DNA from: Raillietiella orientalis
Lineage: Eukaryota
Length of the DNA: 64,000 bases
NCBI GenBank assembly: GCA_036172245.1
Contig: JAYWIR010000001.1
Span: 8,060,001-8,124,000, forward strand
Direction of reading: 5' to 3'
Part shown: positions 47,330 to 59,699 of the stretch, in pieces
Layout: the number at the start of each line of letters is the position of its first letter
Position numbering within the stretch: the stretch's first letter is position 1
Translations under genes and position numbers: made by a program
The notes under the pieces: generated by a model
Told to the model about the DNA's origin: nothing
The model's input: only the letters and a program-made list of their open reading frames with translations
Databases searched by the model: none

Positions 47330-47635
47330 TTCCTTGAGGGGGTGTGCGTAACCCTTCCAGTTTGGGGGCAATCTCGTGGGGGCAACCCAATGAATCCAGG
47401 AGAGGTCCCGGAGGAAGGAGTCCACTCCTCTCTTTCTCCTGGGAGAAAACCCCGAAAAAAAGACTCATCATGATCGTCTCGGGAGATGCTTCTCCGAGGA
47501 CGTGGACACTCCTCGTTTCCTACCCGGGAAGAACTCACAGCACGCTCGGGTTGTGGGAACTGGCCTTTGTAGGCCCCAGCTTCAGGGCCGCTGCTGATGG
47601 GACAGAGGCCGCAGCGCCCCATCCTTCGCTGACTA
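47330..47635 (-). repeat. SINE-like body fragment (47330-47530) joined to an about 100-bp L1 ORF1 N-terminal fragment (47535-47635)
   Basis: CCAATGAATCCAGGA..GGAGTCC matches the SINE body; 47535-47631 is closely similar to 55297-55393. Confidence 0.6.
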
Positions 47636-50600
47636 ATGCCTCTAACTCAGTTCAGTCGAATCATTGCATTTTGCACATCATCCAAAGCACATCATCGGGA
47701 GAGGCATCTCCCGGTTTGCTCTCAACCGTTTCTGCTGCTTACGGTGGTTTCTTGAATGGTTCCACCTTCCTGCAAGCGGCAAAGAAGCAAACGAATGACA
47801 GTGACCTAAGCTTTTTCGCAGCGATCTTTTAAGATTTTCATCCGTTAGAGAATTCGAAAGCTCACATGGCTGCAACACCTGCGCCCCATGGGAGCCTGCA
47901 GTGCTATCGCAATCATGAAGCCATCTGAATAAATTTCAAGGATGGCACCCTATCGTTTTCTGGAAACACGCATACGAAAGCACAGTGTCAATGCAGTGCA
48001 CAGTTCTGGTACCGCTTCTAGAGAATCCTAGTTCAAGAGTGAACATTCTAGAAGCACTTCCTAGTTATGAACCAAGACACTTCAGGATCACATGCCGCAA
48101 TGCCATATATCCTGCGAGCAGATAACTTTTTCATGCAACATGGGATTCCACTTGCAGAGCACTCAAAGATGGATGCTCAGAAAAAATATGACGCAAAAAA
48201 CTGCCACCCTTGGTGGTTTGCGCATCCCTTTCACTTGAAAGCGAGTGTGCTCTTTAGGCGGTTTTTTTAGTTGATATGTTGAAATTCGCGGTGATGTTTC
48301 CCATTTCAAAATTACCCGCTCCCATTGCTCTTGCGAGTTGGTCTCCAATGGCACCATACTCTCGGCTCATGTGAAGGACTTTGCCTGAAAGAAATTTCCA
48401 GCTACAGAATGAATACGATAAAGAGGAACCACAAGGCTCCATCGTGACGAAACTCATCTGCTAAACGGCCTCCCACCTTTGATGACAATTCCTTGCTCCG
48501 TTATGACGCTTCTTGAAGTAAAGCACCAGCATCATTCCACCTTCGTCATGACAATCAATTCATCAAAATCCACAGAATGATGAATTCATCGAATTTGAAA
48601 TTTCAAAGTGAGTGACTCTTCGCTTGAATCTTGGAAACCGATTAATTTTGAGCTAACAGAGCATGACAAAATTTGTTACCGGATTCATACCTTCAGTAAA
48701 ATGTTAAAGTCATAATGTAAGATGACACAACATTGATCACAGTCTAAGGTTGAGTCATCACATCTGCGACCACGAATGCCACATTTTTTCAGGCATTGAT
48801 TGCTCCTAATTGATGTCTCTCGACAAATGCAAACCCATCGCGAACTTCATTTGAGCAGATGCAGCAGCTGCTTCAGTTCTAAACTTAAGGTGCATCGTAG
48901 GCGAGTATGGCATATGAGTCAGGAGGGTCTCTCTTCCTGTAGGTGGTACCATCCACTGCATTACCTGCTCCAGGAAAGAAATGATGTGATTCGTAGGGAT
49001 CTATTTATCGAAGCTGCGTAATCACGGACCTGCAATGTGAACGCAGGTGGACACATTTTTCTGATGGAGAGATCATTTTCGGAAATGTGAAGATCCTTCA
49101 ACTAAATCGGTGGATTGACGTCACCAAACATGCATAAGATTCTCAAATCTCTGCTGAGGAGCATCCCGCTATTCAAAAGGCAGTCAGCTCTTCCTGGCTT
49201 TAAAGTTAGTTGCACTTGTTTGCTTGCCCAGATAAATTCATCTCGTACTTGGTGGCCATCCAGTTCATTGAATCCGGGACAGCTCCGGGATACTTTTTTC
49301 CATTATTTTGTCAGGTCTATTGGCAGGTGCCCCTTTCAGCGAAAGTTTGATCAGGAATTGCAAATTTGAACCAAAACTCCTTCTAAGCAAAAGTCATGGT
49401 TTGCCGATTGACTTTGGAATTAAAATTTATGTAGCCACACTGAATTCTTTTTTCAGAAATTCATTTAGGTTTCCTCGTTTTGGGCGACGATCTTCAACAG
49501 GGTGATCCTTGGTATTTCCTTGCAGTTTTTCCTGCATGCAAAATCTGTGGATCTATTCGTACATTCTACAAATATTCTCCTTTTAATTGAGAAACTGGGA
49601 GATTACATTAGCGTACACTCTTTAGCTATAAAATGTACGGATAAGGGAAAAACAAATTTAAGGATCAAGGGAAATCACATAAGGATATGGGAGATATATC
49701 CCTATCAAAAATTTGAGAGGGATACATCCCCTCCCTCGTCCTTATGTTATTTTACTCCTCGATTTCTTGCTTACCGCCTATTCCCTTCACCCTAAACTCT
49801 TTTCGATTTGAGCGATTGTCCACGGAAGCGGCTAATTCACGAACACCACTTACCCCTTTACGCACGGTCCAGCCTCGAAACGAGTACGGTGTCTCCAGGC
49901 AGCCCCGCAAAGAAACAGATCAGTGAGGATCTCCGAACTCAACTACAAGGTTGCCACACTAAAATTATGGTTACTCACTTCAGTATGCAAACCATCTCTA
50001 TAAAATTTCGCAGCTGCTGAACGACGTTCTGCAGTGCCCACTGCAGCTGCGATGCACGATAAGATATTATTTCTCTTTGATTGAAAAGCTCTATTCCTGC
50101 AACATAGTGGTTTTAGGAATGTCTTTCTGGATGGATGGAGGATTGTGCGAGGATGTGTGTGGCATGTGAGTTGCCCTTTCATACACGGAACGAGAGAATG
50201 CCCGAGTATATGCCGCATGTACACTCACGTGTATAGTCAGTAAAATGCAGACACTTGTTGTGCATGCTAGAAAAGTGTGCAAGTTGTCAGATGAGCAGCT
50301 TCCGAGAACTTTTTGCCGCCGCCGTTCTGCCAGTGGAAAGTCTCATCTTCCCTGGTATTCAATTTGTGAAAAGAAAGCGTTGCACTTTCCAGCATTTGTG
50401 CGATCGCTTACCCTTACAAGCCGGGAAGGGACTTTGCTAACTTCCGAAAACATTGCTTCCTCTCGGAGATAGGGATGGAGATCAGGATGATTCTGCTCTT
50501 CCGACGCATGCAGCTGCGCTTCTCCTAAGCTTCTAGTTTCTGCCACTGGTGACTTCCGCAAAAACCAGCGACCATCATCTCAATCTGCCCAGTAAAACCG

Positions 50601-51339
50601 GATTCGGATGCATGGGGCACGTTAAAGAGTCATCTGTCTACTTGCGTTACATCCAAGCAGCGGTCTCTGCCCTCAGGCTTTAATAAAACAGCGGCCCACG
50701 TTGCAGCATTTCACCGGAGATTCACAACACGAGCAAAGGGCCCTGCCTTCCAAGACGATCTTTCCTTCCATCTTATTCCCTATGACGCGCATTCAAGGAC
50801 ACCTTCTTGCTCTAGGTGGACTTCTGCCGAGTGGAGCTCTCGCTGGTCGCATCCTACGCGCCGAGCAAAACCTCCTGCCTCAGCGATCCCCAACCCGACT
50901 ACTACACGGAGAAAGAAAACTTGCATGAAAAAAAGGTGAAATGGGACACGATATCCTGAAAAGCGTTTCGTTAAGTTTCTTTTTCATGTTTTGCCAGCTG
51001 TTCCTTTTCTCCCCTCCTCACGCTTTCCGCTGTTCTTTTCAACCCTTCTACCTCCTGCTCTTTTTTTTTTTTCTTCTCTACCCTCGTATTCTCAGTTTCA
51101 AGCTCCGTTCCTTCTCTTCTTTCTTACCCTTTCTTCCCTTCATGCTCTGCTCTTTTTCACAATGGAGATTTTGCTGTTTTTCCTGATCTCTCTTTTCTTT
51201 TGTTTTTTGTCTCACAATCCCGGTTCTTTTCCGCAACAGGGAACCCCATTAACACCATTCCTGCATCATCCACCGAACGCAAGTCCTTCCGTAATACAAC
51301 GTGACCTCTCCTCAGGTGAAGGGAGACATTCGGCGGAGG

Positions 51340-52410
51340 CATGACCTTTTGGATGCTGGTGAGTCCATCTTGGAACGGAAATCCTCAGCGGTATGGAACT
51401 GACTACGCGTCGGGCAGGACGCCCCTTACTTCTTAGGATGGTCCTGGAGAGCCCCGGCAGGCGCATGTGAGCGGAGACGACCCCCCTTGCTGCAACGAAG
51501 TCCTTTCTGAGGGAAGCGCTTGGAAGCAGCCAAAGGACACTTTGGGAAGTCTCCTACAAATTCGGAGGCTGGTAGAAATTCATGAGTGGCTGCACCTGGC
51601 TGGCATGAAACAAATGGTAGACGCCGCGAACCCGAGTGCCCTTTCACTAGGATTAGAGAGCTGAGGAAAGCTCCTCGGAATTCGATCTGTAAACCTACAG
51701 TGCCCTCGGTGCTGAAGGATATGAGCACCCTCTCCTTGAAGTGGCAGAAGACGTCCTTTTTGCCGTTGCACTGGGTTCCCCTTGTTACGCACACGGACAC
51801 CACTGTACTCTGGAGAGGGCGAACCCAGACTGTCCCGGGTGAGGAGAACGGGAATCTCTTCCGCACCTGCCAGCGGATTTTGTTGCCCTCCGACCCCCAT
51901 GGAATATTTCCGAACGAAGTTCCGGACCCTAGTTGGCAACTTCCCAGGGACGTTTCATCACTCCTTTTCGTGCAGGACTCCCTGCAGCCCGTCCCCGCCT
52001 TAGCAGCGCTTTGATGCTTCCGCGGGATTGCGTGAGTCTGGAGTGAAGCCAACGTAGGAAGAATCGAGAGGGACGCCACTGCACTTCGCAGTTTGCTTTT
52101 TGAGGATAGCGGTCGGATGACCGCACCTTGGACACATTCGGACGGACACATCCTGAAACGAATGCCGACTCTCTCCAGCAGGCAGTGATCTCCTTCTTAC
52201 CCTCCAGATATGTGTTATTTATTCTTTATTTTTTGTTTTTATTTTTAATTTTTCTCCCATCGGCTCTTCCGCTGCAGAGGTGATTCTGCCGATGAGCGCA
52301 CCGGTGACCTGGCAGTTATTTTGTTGAATTGGCCACGGCAGGTTTCGTACCGCACCAGAAAAGTCGTAAAGTTATTTTCATCGAGAAAAGCCCCGGCGTG
52401 ACCGGGTGGC
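51340..52410 (+). mobile_element. Decayed 3' end of the same L1/Tx1-like family, ending in CCCGG-CGTGA-CCGGG
   Basis: VDAANPS and LSLKWQ..LHW remnants; T-rich 3'UTR at 52210-52260; terminal hairpin at 52392-52406. Confidence 0.7.
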
Positions 52411-52899
52411 AACTCCAAAGCCTGAGGGCAATTCGTCCTAGGTGAGGAGGCTGCAGAACTCTCGAACCGATCGTTTCAAGCGCTCCGAGTTCTCGAGTGT
52501 CTTCATGTTGATTCTGTAAGGGAACCCGTGAAGGTGTTCCGCAGCTAATGGTGCGCTGAACCAGTCCCTTGAATAATGCCACGCATGGGGGCGAGGATCT
52601 GTGCCGCATGGCCAAATCTTCAACTCGATCGGGATGTAGTTGGACAACGTGGACTCCGAGTTACCTCTCCTAGATACGCGTCAGCATAGGTGTTGGTCGA
52701 GGAAGGCGTGTTTGATGCCGCCCACGGACCCGGGGTCCTCGTTCAACAGTTTGAGCTCATGCATCGATGCGTACACCTCGTTGGCGAGGTTTCACCCCCC
52801 CATTCAGCAAACCTAGCAACAGGAGGACGTTCAGGACCCCGGTTGTCTGCTGCGCTTGCCATATTCCTCCTTCAGACAGCCATTCTTTTCGAAATGGAA

Positions 52900-53665
52900 A
52901 TCATTTCGGGTTCTTCACCGTTATTCTCTTTCGCTTTTTTTGGTTCGCTGAGCACCTTATAAATTATCGCGCTCCTGGATGTCCACGCAGCTCTTTGACA
53001 CCATCTCACGCCACCCAAGGGTACGTGCAATTCTTCAAGATAGGCGTAACTCAGGAAAGGATCGCCCTATGATTCCAGAAAGGATGGATCCCCGAACCTC
53101 CACTCTGGTTGTCTTCGAAGGCAACCTCTAAGGGAATCTTCTTTCTCCCTCTCTGCGTAGGGACCCAGATGGGTCTGTTCCGATTTTCTTCTATGAAGAG
53201 TACCGGAAAGGATATTCAATCAGCGATTTAGTCTCCAAATGAGACCCGCATGGGAACCACTCCTGTTAAGTCCTCTGGAGAGAACCCCATTGAGACTCTT
53301 CCTTGACTCAGAAAGGCGCTCCCCGAAGGGAGAAGCACGTTTCTCTGCACTCTAGAGGGGAAGCGACACAGCTACTCCAAAGGAGGATCCTCCGCTCGAA
53401 GAGGGGGTTCGCTTTTTTTTACAACCGGAGGGTAACTCTCACTTTTTGATTTCTGGAAGGAACCGGATGTCAAATTTCATTGTTCCAGCACTCCTAGGGG
53501 GCATCCTGTTCGAGACGCTACCAGTGCCAACCAGCGTCATCTCGCAGGAGGAACTCGAACCCATGACGCGCACAAACTCTCAGCGTCGATTCTCTTTAAG
53601 TATTTGAACCTTCGACGCTCGGTGCAATGAGAGGGGACCGTGACCACCTCCGATGCGGGCTGATT
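52900..53665 (-). mobile_element. SINE-like family copy inserted in the L1 endonuclease relic
   Basis: Reverse-complement head CCCGCATCGGAGGT...GGTTCAAATAC...GGGTTCGAGTTCC and tail GGTGCTCAGCGAACCAAAAAA match 31878-32800. Confidence 0.65.
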
Positions 53666-53814
53666 CTGCCGGACTTGGGCTCCTGGAGGACGGTCCAAGG
53701 AAAATAAATCCTGAGTGCACCAGCGCTCCGAAGAGGCCCTCTCCTTTTGTGTCCAAGACCTATGCGAGCAGCACGTTTGCGCGGAAGCCGGAGCTGTATC
53801 CAGACAAAGTAATT

Positions 53815-54185
53815 TCTTCCACTGGCGAGAGAGGTCAGAGAGATGCCAAGATAGGTCTCCCACAAGGCGTTCAAGAACGCCACCAGCAGGTGGATGGCAA
53901 TGAGGACGACACCCATGGAGACCATCTTGAAGTGAATGCTGATTCGCATGTCGAGCATGCACACCTTTTTGATGAGGGACGGCAGAATGTTGGCGAGGAG
54001 GATGGTGCAGGTGAATGCCAGGTTGTAATGACGGGAGGGGTCCCCTCCTCCTGCCGAAGGAAACGTGTTCGTGGGGGTGATCGAACCGTCATGCGAGTAC
54101 CAGGTGATGTGGAGCAGTCATAGCATGATGACGTAGGGAAGGTTATTGCAAACTCTCAGGAAGCAGAAGGCCACTGGGGTTCTTC
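53815..54185 (-). pseudogene. cln3: CLN3/battenin (BTN1)-like N-terminal gene fragment
   Basis: AFCFLRVCNNLPYVIML, ILLANILPSLIKK and LLVAF...LGISLTSLASG follow the order of battenin motifs FWLLGLCNNFxYVxML, VLLADILPTLxIK and LVAF...GVxFASxSSG. Confidence 0.7.
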
Positions 54186-56049
54186 TCGACGCCCTTTTCT
54201 CGGACTGGGACGGAGCTTTTCGCAAGTCGCCGACCTGCTTCATCTCAGAACCGTCTCGCAGATCGGCTACGTTTGACACAAAGGAGTTTGGCAGTTCAAG
54301 CACGATGCTTGAAGTTCTGCAACATCACACCGAAGCAGCATCTCCAGTTCCTTCGTTACGTGGTCAAAAATTCCGTCATCGCAGATCTCAACCTCACCGT
54401 TGCCTTCGCTGACTGTTTCCACAGTCGAGTAGTCATCGGTACACTTCCACATGACAACGCTCGTTGTGGGAGTCTCCTCGATGGCAGGGATCCGTTCGAT
54501 CTTCACCTCACATTCCTTGATCGCTCTGCGGCGCGAGGTTTTCTCCTCACGCTCTGCGAATTTACTCGGTTGTTTCCTATTCATTTTGTTCATACGGCCG
54601 ACCGTTTTCCAAGCGACATCATCCCCTTTCATCTCGACTTGCTGTTGTGCAGCCTTTCTTGCTAGCCGCGGGTTAGCCGTGGCTTTTGGATTCTTCCTGG
54701 TCTTTCCAGGTTTCTCAGTATGCACCTTCTTTTGCCGCTTCTTGCAACCGCGTTGCGTTTGGCCCTTTGGAGACACAGTTTATCTGTGTTCTCCCTCTAG
54801 CTACAGTTGCTGCAAGTCATCTTCGGCGATCTTCTCCTCAAGTGCCTTGTCGCTTCACGAAAACCACAGTACTGGGATTTGTCCAAGTACAAAAGATCGA
54901 CTTGCTCTTTGCTGATCTTTAGTTTGTGAAGCAGCAAGCCCCCTTACGCGCGCCGAGGCAAAGCTTCTCAACACGCCCTTGGAGGCTTGGAATCGATTGG
55001 GCTTTGCCCACTTCGCGTGCACAGTGGACAATTTTACGAGTTCTGCCCGCAAGGCATCCCAGTACATTTGGACGGTGATTCCTGCAAGGTAAACCACCAC
55101 CGAGCAGTCCATCGTCGTGAGACAGTGTTGACGACCCTCGATCTTGATGAGGGTTTTAAACAGAAGTTGAGCGAAATCTTTGCATGTGAGTTCAACGACC
55201 TGCCCCCGCTCCGAATGGAGAACTCTAAGGACTGCGCTTTTAGGCTGCCTGATCTCAAAAGCACGCAGTCACATGATGGAAAACCTTCTTTATCTCATAC
55301 AGCACGCTCGGTTTGTGGGATCTAGCCTTTGTAGGCCCCAGCTTCGTGGCCGCCGCTGACGGGACAGAGGCCGCAGCGCTCCATCCTTCGCTGCGCAGGG
55401 AGTGATCTTGTGGGAGCGAACTTCCCTTTTTATCGGCACAAGGGACGACGTCGCCAGCAGCCGCTTACTCTCCATTGCAGAGTAACCGGAGCTCTAGATA
55501 ACCCACAACAAAAAATAAGTCGCTTAGCAGATGACACACTTCGACGACGATGCTTGTGCAAAGGCGGCGTTCTCGCTGGCGTCAGACGCGTACCAAGGCA
55601 CATTCTTTACGGTCGTGTTTTGTAGTAGCTCTGTTTGCTCCGCTGTTTGTGTTTTTTTCGTTGTGCTTGCGTGTTTTTGGTCAGGATGGCCCGAAGAAGA
55701 CGAGGAAGGATGGGGAGGAGACCGTTTCCGCTCTCGCTGTAGCAACATTGCTTGCAGGAGAGGGACGAGTCGTCTCTTTGCCGGAGAGGTTTGCTCAAGT
55801 CGCTGGCGCTGCGGCAGCGCAAGAAGCATCGCTCGCAGCGCAAGTCTTGACCTGCAAGTGTATGCTGCAAATGTGTCCAAGCGTGCACTCAGGTATAGGG
55901 TGAGTCACCTTATGCCGGAGCAGGTTGGGCTCGAGTTCGGCCGCGATCCCCACCGAATCAAAGTTGCAAAGAGTGGCACTGTATAGATGATAAAATCCAA
56001 CGAAGAATCATCACTTTCCATCCTCAGTAGCTAGCAAATACGTCTACGG

Positions 56050-57125
56050 AGAGAGAAGCAAAGGCTGCCTAGGACTGATGAAGCTTGCTAACGAGTCTGA
56101 CATGTTTAATATGGATAGCTGCTTCCACTTACTTCGTCGGTAAAAAGGTTTGCGCAAAAAACTCCAGATGAATTGGTTCAGAAAAAAATCCGCAAAGCCC
56201 CGAAAGATGAAAATCTCGGAAAAATACTGACGAAGATTGCATGCAGGAGAACTACACCATCCAAAAGAGAGCGACATAGAGAGCTTCTGGTCAAAGGGAA
56301 GGAAGGCTTTTAGAAGAGCAAAAACCTGCTGGAATTTCCAAGATGGAGAACCGAGTACACCGGTCGACAAAGTCATCTCCATCACCAGCACGAGAAGAAA
56401 ACTTGCCTCTGGTGCTACGACACTGCCAAGGGAACACGCATGGCAATCCTTAATCTTGAATCACATTAGTCAAAGGAGAACCGTGCAGTGCGTGAACATG
56501 CATCACGCCTCAAGCTTTTTCTACAGTAATAAATTACCACTCATGATTAAAGGAATACAGGTTTATGCACCAGCAAGACTAAACCCTTTGCCAATCAACG
56601 CTGGACCAACGAAAAAGACAGAAGAACGCATATGTCGGCGTTGCGGACCAGAGGACGAAACGTTGTCTAACATGTTGAGTAGATGCAGGAACACGTTTTC
56701 TTGTCCATGGTATGCCGCGAGGGGATTCGAGAATGAATCCGGAAAGTCGCAGGTGGAGTCTTGTGCCAAGAAATCAGAGAGCGCCAGGGACAGCTGCCAC
56801 CCTAAAACCGGATGTCACCTCGCAAAAAGGGAACTGGAATTGTGTGCCAGACGTCTGCTTCCCATACGAAAGTGGAAAAAAGGAGTTCAACATAGCCAGG
56901 AGAACAAGGAAGGAAAATACAAGGACGTAGCAATGCAACTGAAAAAAGGGGAAAAGCAAACCAGGGTACACGCGTTCTTCGTTTGCTCCCAGAGAGCATG
57001 GGATTCCCGCGATGAAGAAGTATTGGAAGATATAGTAATATCAGAAAAAAGGCTGGTGGATCTAAGGCACCAGATGGTGGCTACGTGTATCCGGTACTCA
57101 AGTGATATGTATACGGAGCCAAGGT
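56050..57125 (+). pseudogene. RLE-type (NeSL/Utopia/R2-group) non-LTR retrotransposon 3' fragment
   Basis: ARLNPLP, CRRCGPEDETLSNMLSRC, LKPD..DVCFPYE (alternate frame), KEGKY and AW...IRYSSDMYTE give a zinc finger plus PD-(D/E)xK nuclease. Confidence 0.75.
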
Positions 57126-57759
57126 CGCAAGGAAAACCGACAGCCAGTCAGAGAATCCAGAAAATCCTCTTCCACCATAGGAAAGCAAGCAAGCAGAGGA
57201 AGCACCATAAAGATGAGGCGAGGAGTGCACAAGAGGAAGAGAATAGTAACTGAGAAAGAATGTACAGAGCTTTTTGCAACGAGTTATGTCATTGCGAACA
57301 TTAACAACGATAAAGTTGGAAACTCCGAAGCGCTCAACACCTTCAATTTTTCCACTGATTCGCTGAAGCGTTATTCCCATGATCCCTTCGAAGAACCTGT
57401 GATTGCATGCGGCAATGAAAAAGCTGCATTTGACCACCGGTCTTCCCAATATGGTAGCGACGCTTCAAGTGACATTTGGGGCTATCTCGGGAAGACAAGA
57501 GACCTAATGAGGCTCCTGCCTCACTTCCGGGAACAATAGCTTCCTTGAATGGAATCAAGAATATGACGCTTCAGCTAATGAGTGGAAAAAATCAAAGTGC
57601 TGACCACTTGAAAATTAAGAGTGCTAGAAGAAATTTTGATTCGAACTTTGGAGCGTCGGTTTTCACCATGGATCTTTATAGCATTTATTTGAATTAACTC
57701 TCCAATTCTCATTTTTCTCCTATGCACAGTTTGCCAGGAGTGCCGTGTGCAGACCAGAG

Positions 57760-59450
57760 AGAATGGCCTCGACATCAGAGGCGATGAGGAAAAGAAGAAC
57801 AAAGAAGTAAACAAAAACACATAAACATTAATAGACTCTGAGAAGGGATCCTGAGACGGAAAGGAATCCTGCCTGTTGGAGGTCGTCCTCTATCCTTTGC
57901 AGGGTGCTGGCAAGTTGGTCTCTTCTGTTAATCGGGTAAGCCCTTCTAGGATGTAGTGGATAGTGTCCCTGCCGCTTCCTGCTTCATTGCTCTACGCCGT
58001 TATGCTCTTGCGTCGGCAGCAAAGCGCTGCTAACGATGCGTCGTGCACGAAGAGAGTTCCAATTGCGTCCCTGGGGTTGCCAAATGCGCTCCCGGGTTTC
58101 GTCGCTGGAAAGCGTCTTCATAACGGTCGCACGGCAACACAAGCAGGTGCGGCAAGGTGCGTCCCGTTCCCCGTTCCTGCTGCAATGCGGATCCAGAACT
58201 CCCTGAGTATGGTGGTATCGACGCGGGTTGCATGGGAGGTCTTTGTGAAACATCAAGAACGCCGCCTGTTACCACTTGAGAGGGAGGATGCGGTGATTCA
58301 GGAGGGATGGGAGCCGCACGAGATCCTCACGGGGAATGATCAGCAGCTCACCCCAACACACAAGTCCCTGAGGCTGCAGACTTGGAATCGCAGCATTGAT
58401 TAGCAGGATCGTGGTCCAGTCCGCGAGCGTCCTTCTGCAGCATACTATCTCGCAGAAGACTTCCCATTTGGCCGTCAGCTTGCAGTTGCCAAGCTTCTCG
58501 CGCAGGGTTGGCAGCGCGGCTGTATGGGAACTTCGTCCTGCCCATTTCGTCCTTCCTCCTTTGCACTTGGTGGGTTGTATGATCATCCCTTGGAGTGAGC
58601 AGTTGTCGCACATGCATTGCTACATTGTACAGGTTCGGTCGTTGAGCTTCGCCTATGTGTTCACAATTCCCTAAAGCCAGGCACTACCTTTCGCGGAGTG
58701 GCAGGTGATCCATTGGTTTTCCCTAGTCAGCGCAGCTATGTGCTGCAGTTGCAGCCTGCAAGGGGTCGTTGGAGCTTCTCCGTGCAAGGAATGAAGAGAG
58801 TTCCTCGCAGCGGGCGCCTCTTCCGACCAGGTTGCGTGTAGGTTTGCACCAGTGGGTATTCGAGAGCTCTGAAACTAGCTCCAAGAATCAGCAACTCGCT
58901 CCAGAGCTGCAGCTCCTAGCGTTGGATCACTTCAGCTGCAGCTCTAAGTGATCTAGCTTAGGAGGGTGAAGTCACCGTCGAGTCGCAAAGCACACAAAAA
59001 CTTGAAAAGGACAGGGGACTTTCCTTTGCCCCACAGGGCGATGCGGAGGAGATCCTTCGCCCTTATCTTTACACTGCTGGGTGAGGGGCAAACAAAAAGC
59101 AGGGAACGGAAAAGGGGGACCACGAAGCTGTTCCACACAGCGGCTCGTTTCGTCAATAGAAACTTGCCATCCTGGAAGGGCCCTAGAGCCTGTTCTGTCT
59201 TCTGAAGACGACCGGACCATGCGCCCGCTATGCTGAAGTTAACCCGCGGAACACCAAGCTACGTCAAGCACCGTTCCTTGGTCATTCCCAGGAGGATTTA
59301 GTCCTGTCGTCCAGCCCACTCTGCACAATTCTGCACCATTCTCGACTTTGCTCCGTTCGCCTGCATGCCCGATCCTCGACTTTGCAGCTCGAAGAAGTTC
59401 CCGAGCGCTAAGGCAAGGGGGGACATGGGGAACAGCAGCAGAAGAAATCA
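57760..59450 (-). mobile_element. Decayed 3' half of the L1/Tx1-like family
   Basis: RAAVWNSFVVPLFRSLLFVCPSP..LWGKGKS, ILPLKW, LPCNPRRYHHTQGVLDPHC and LPHLLV match ORF2 at 13910-14870. Confidence 0.8.
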
Positions 59451-59699
59451 ACACAAAGAACTGACCAACAAGGATACATTCAAAAAAAAACTTCTACTAT
59501 ACAGTTCACTTTTTACTCTAACTTCTCGAACAAATGGTTATCGACAAAGGAGAATAATAGATGTAACTTGTTGGTTCACTATATAAAAAAGGCGATTGCA
59601 TCAATTCGATAAAAATATTCTTTAACATTAAGGAATGAGGATATTTTGATTGAGTCTCCATGGTGTGTAAATCTTTCCTTATTGATAGCCAAAAAGCAC

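Larger units (their letters stand above)
52407..55450 (-). mobile_element. Decayed inverted 5' portion of an L1/Tx1-like copy (ORF1 54270-55420; EN pieces 53670-53800 and 52407-52890), interrupted by a SINE and a host gene fragment
   Basis: IKHAFLDQHL..LSNY..AAEHL..KRSVREFC..LPSGFG; VVVYLAGITVQM, VHAKWAKPN, AIKECEVKIERIP. Confidence 0.75.
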
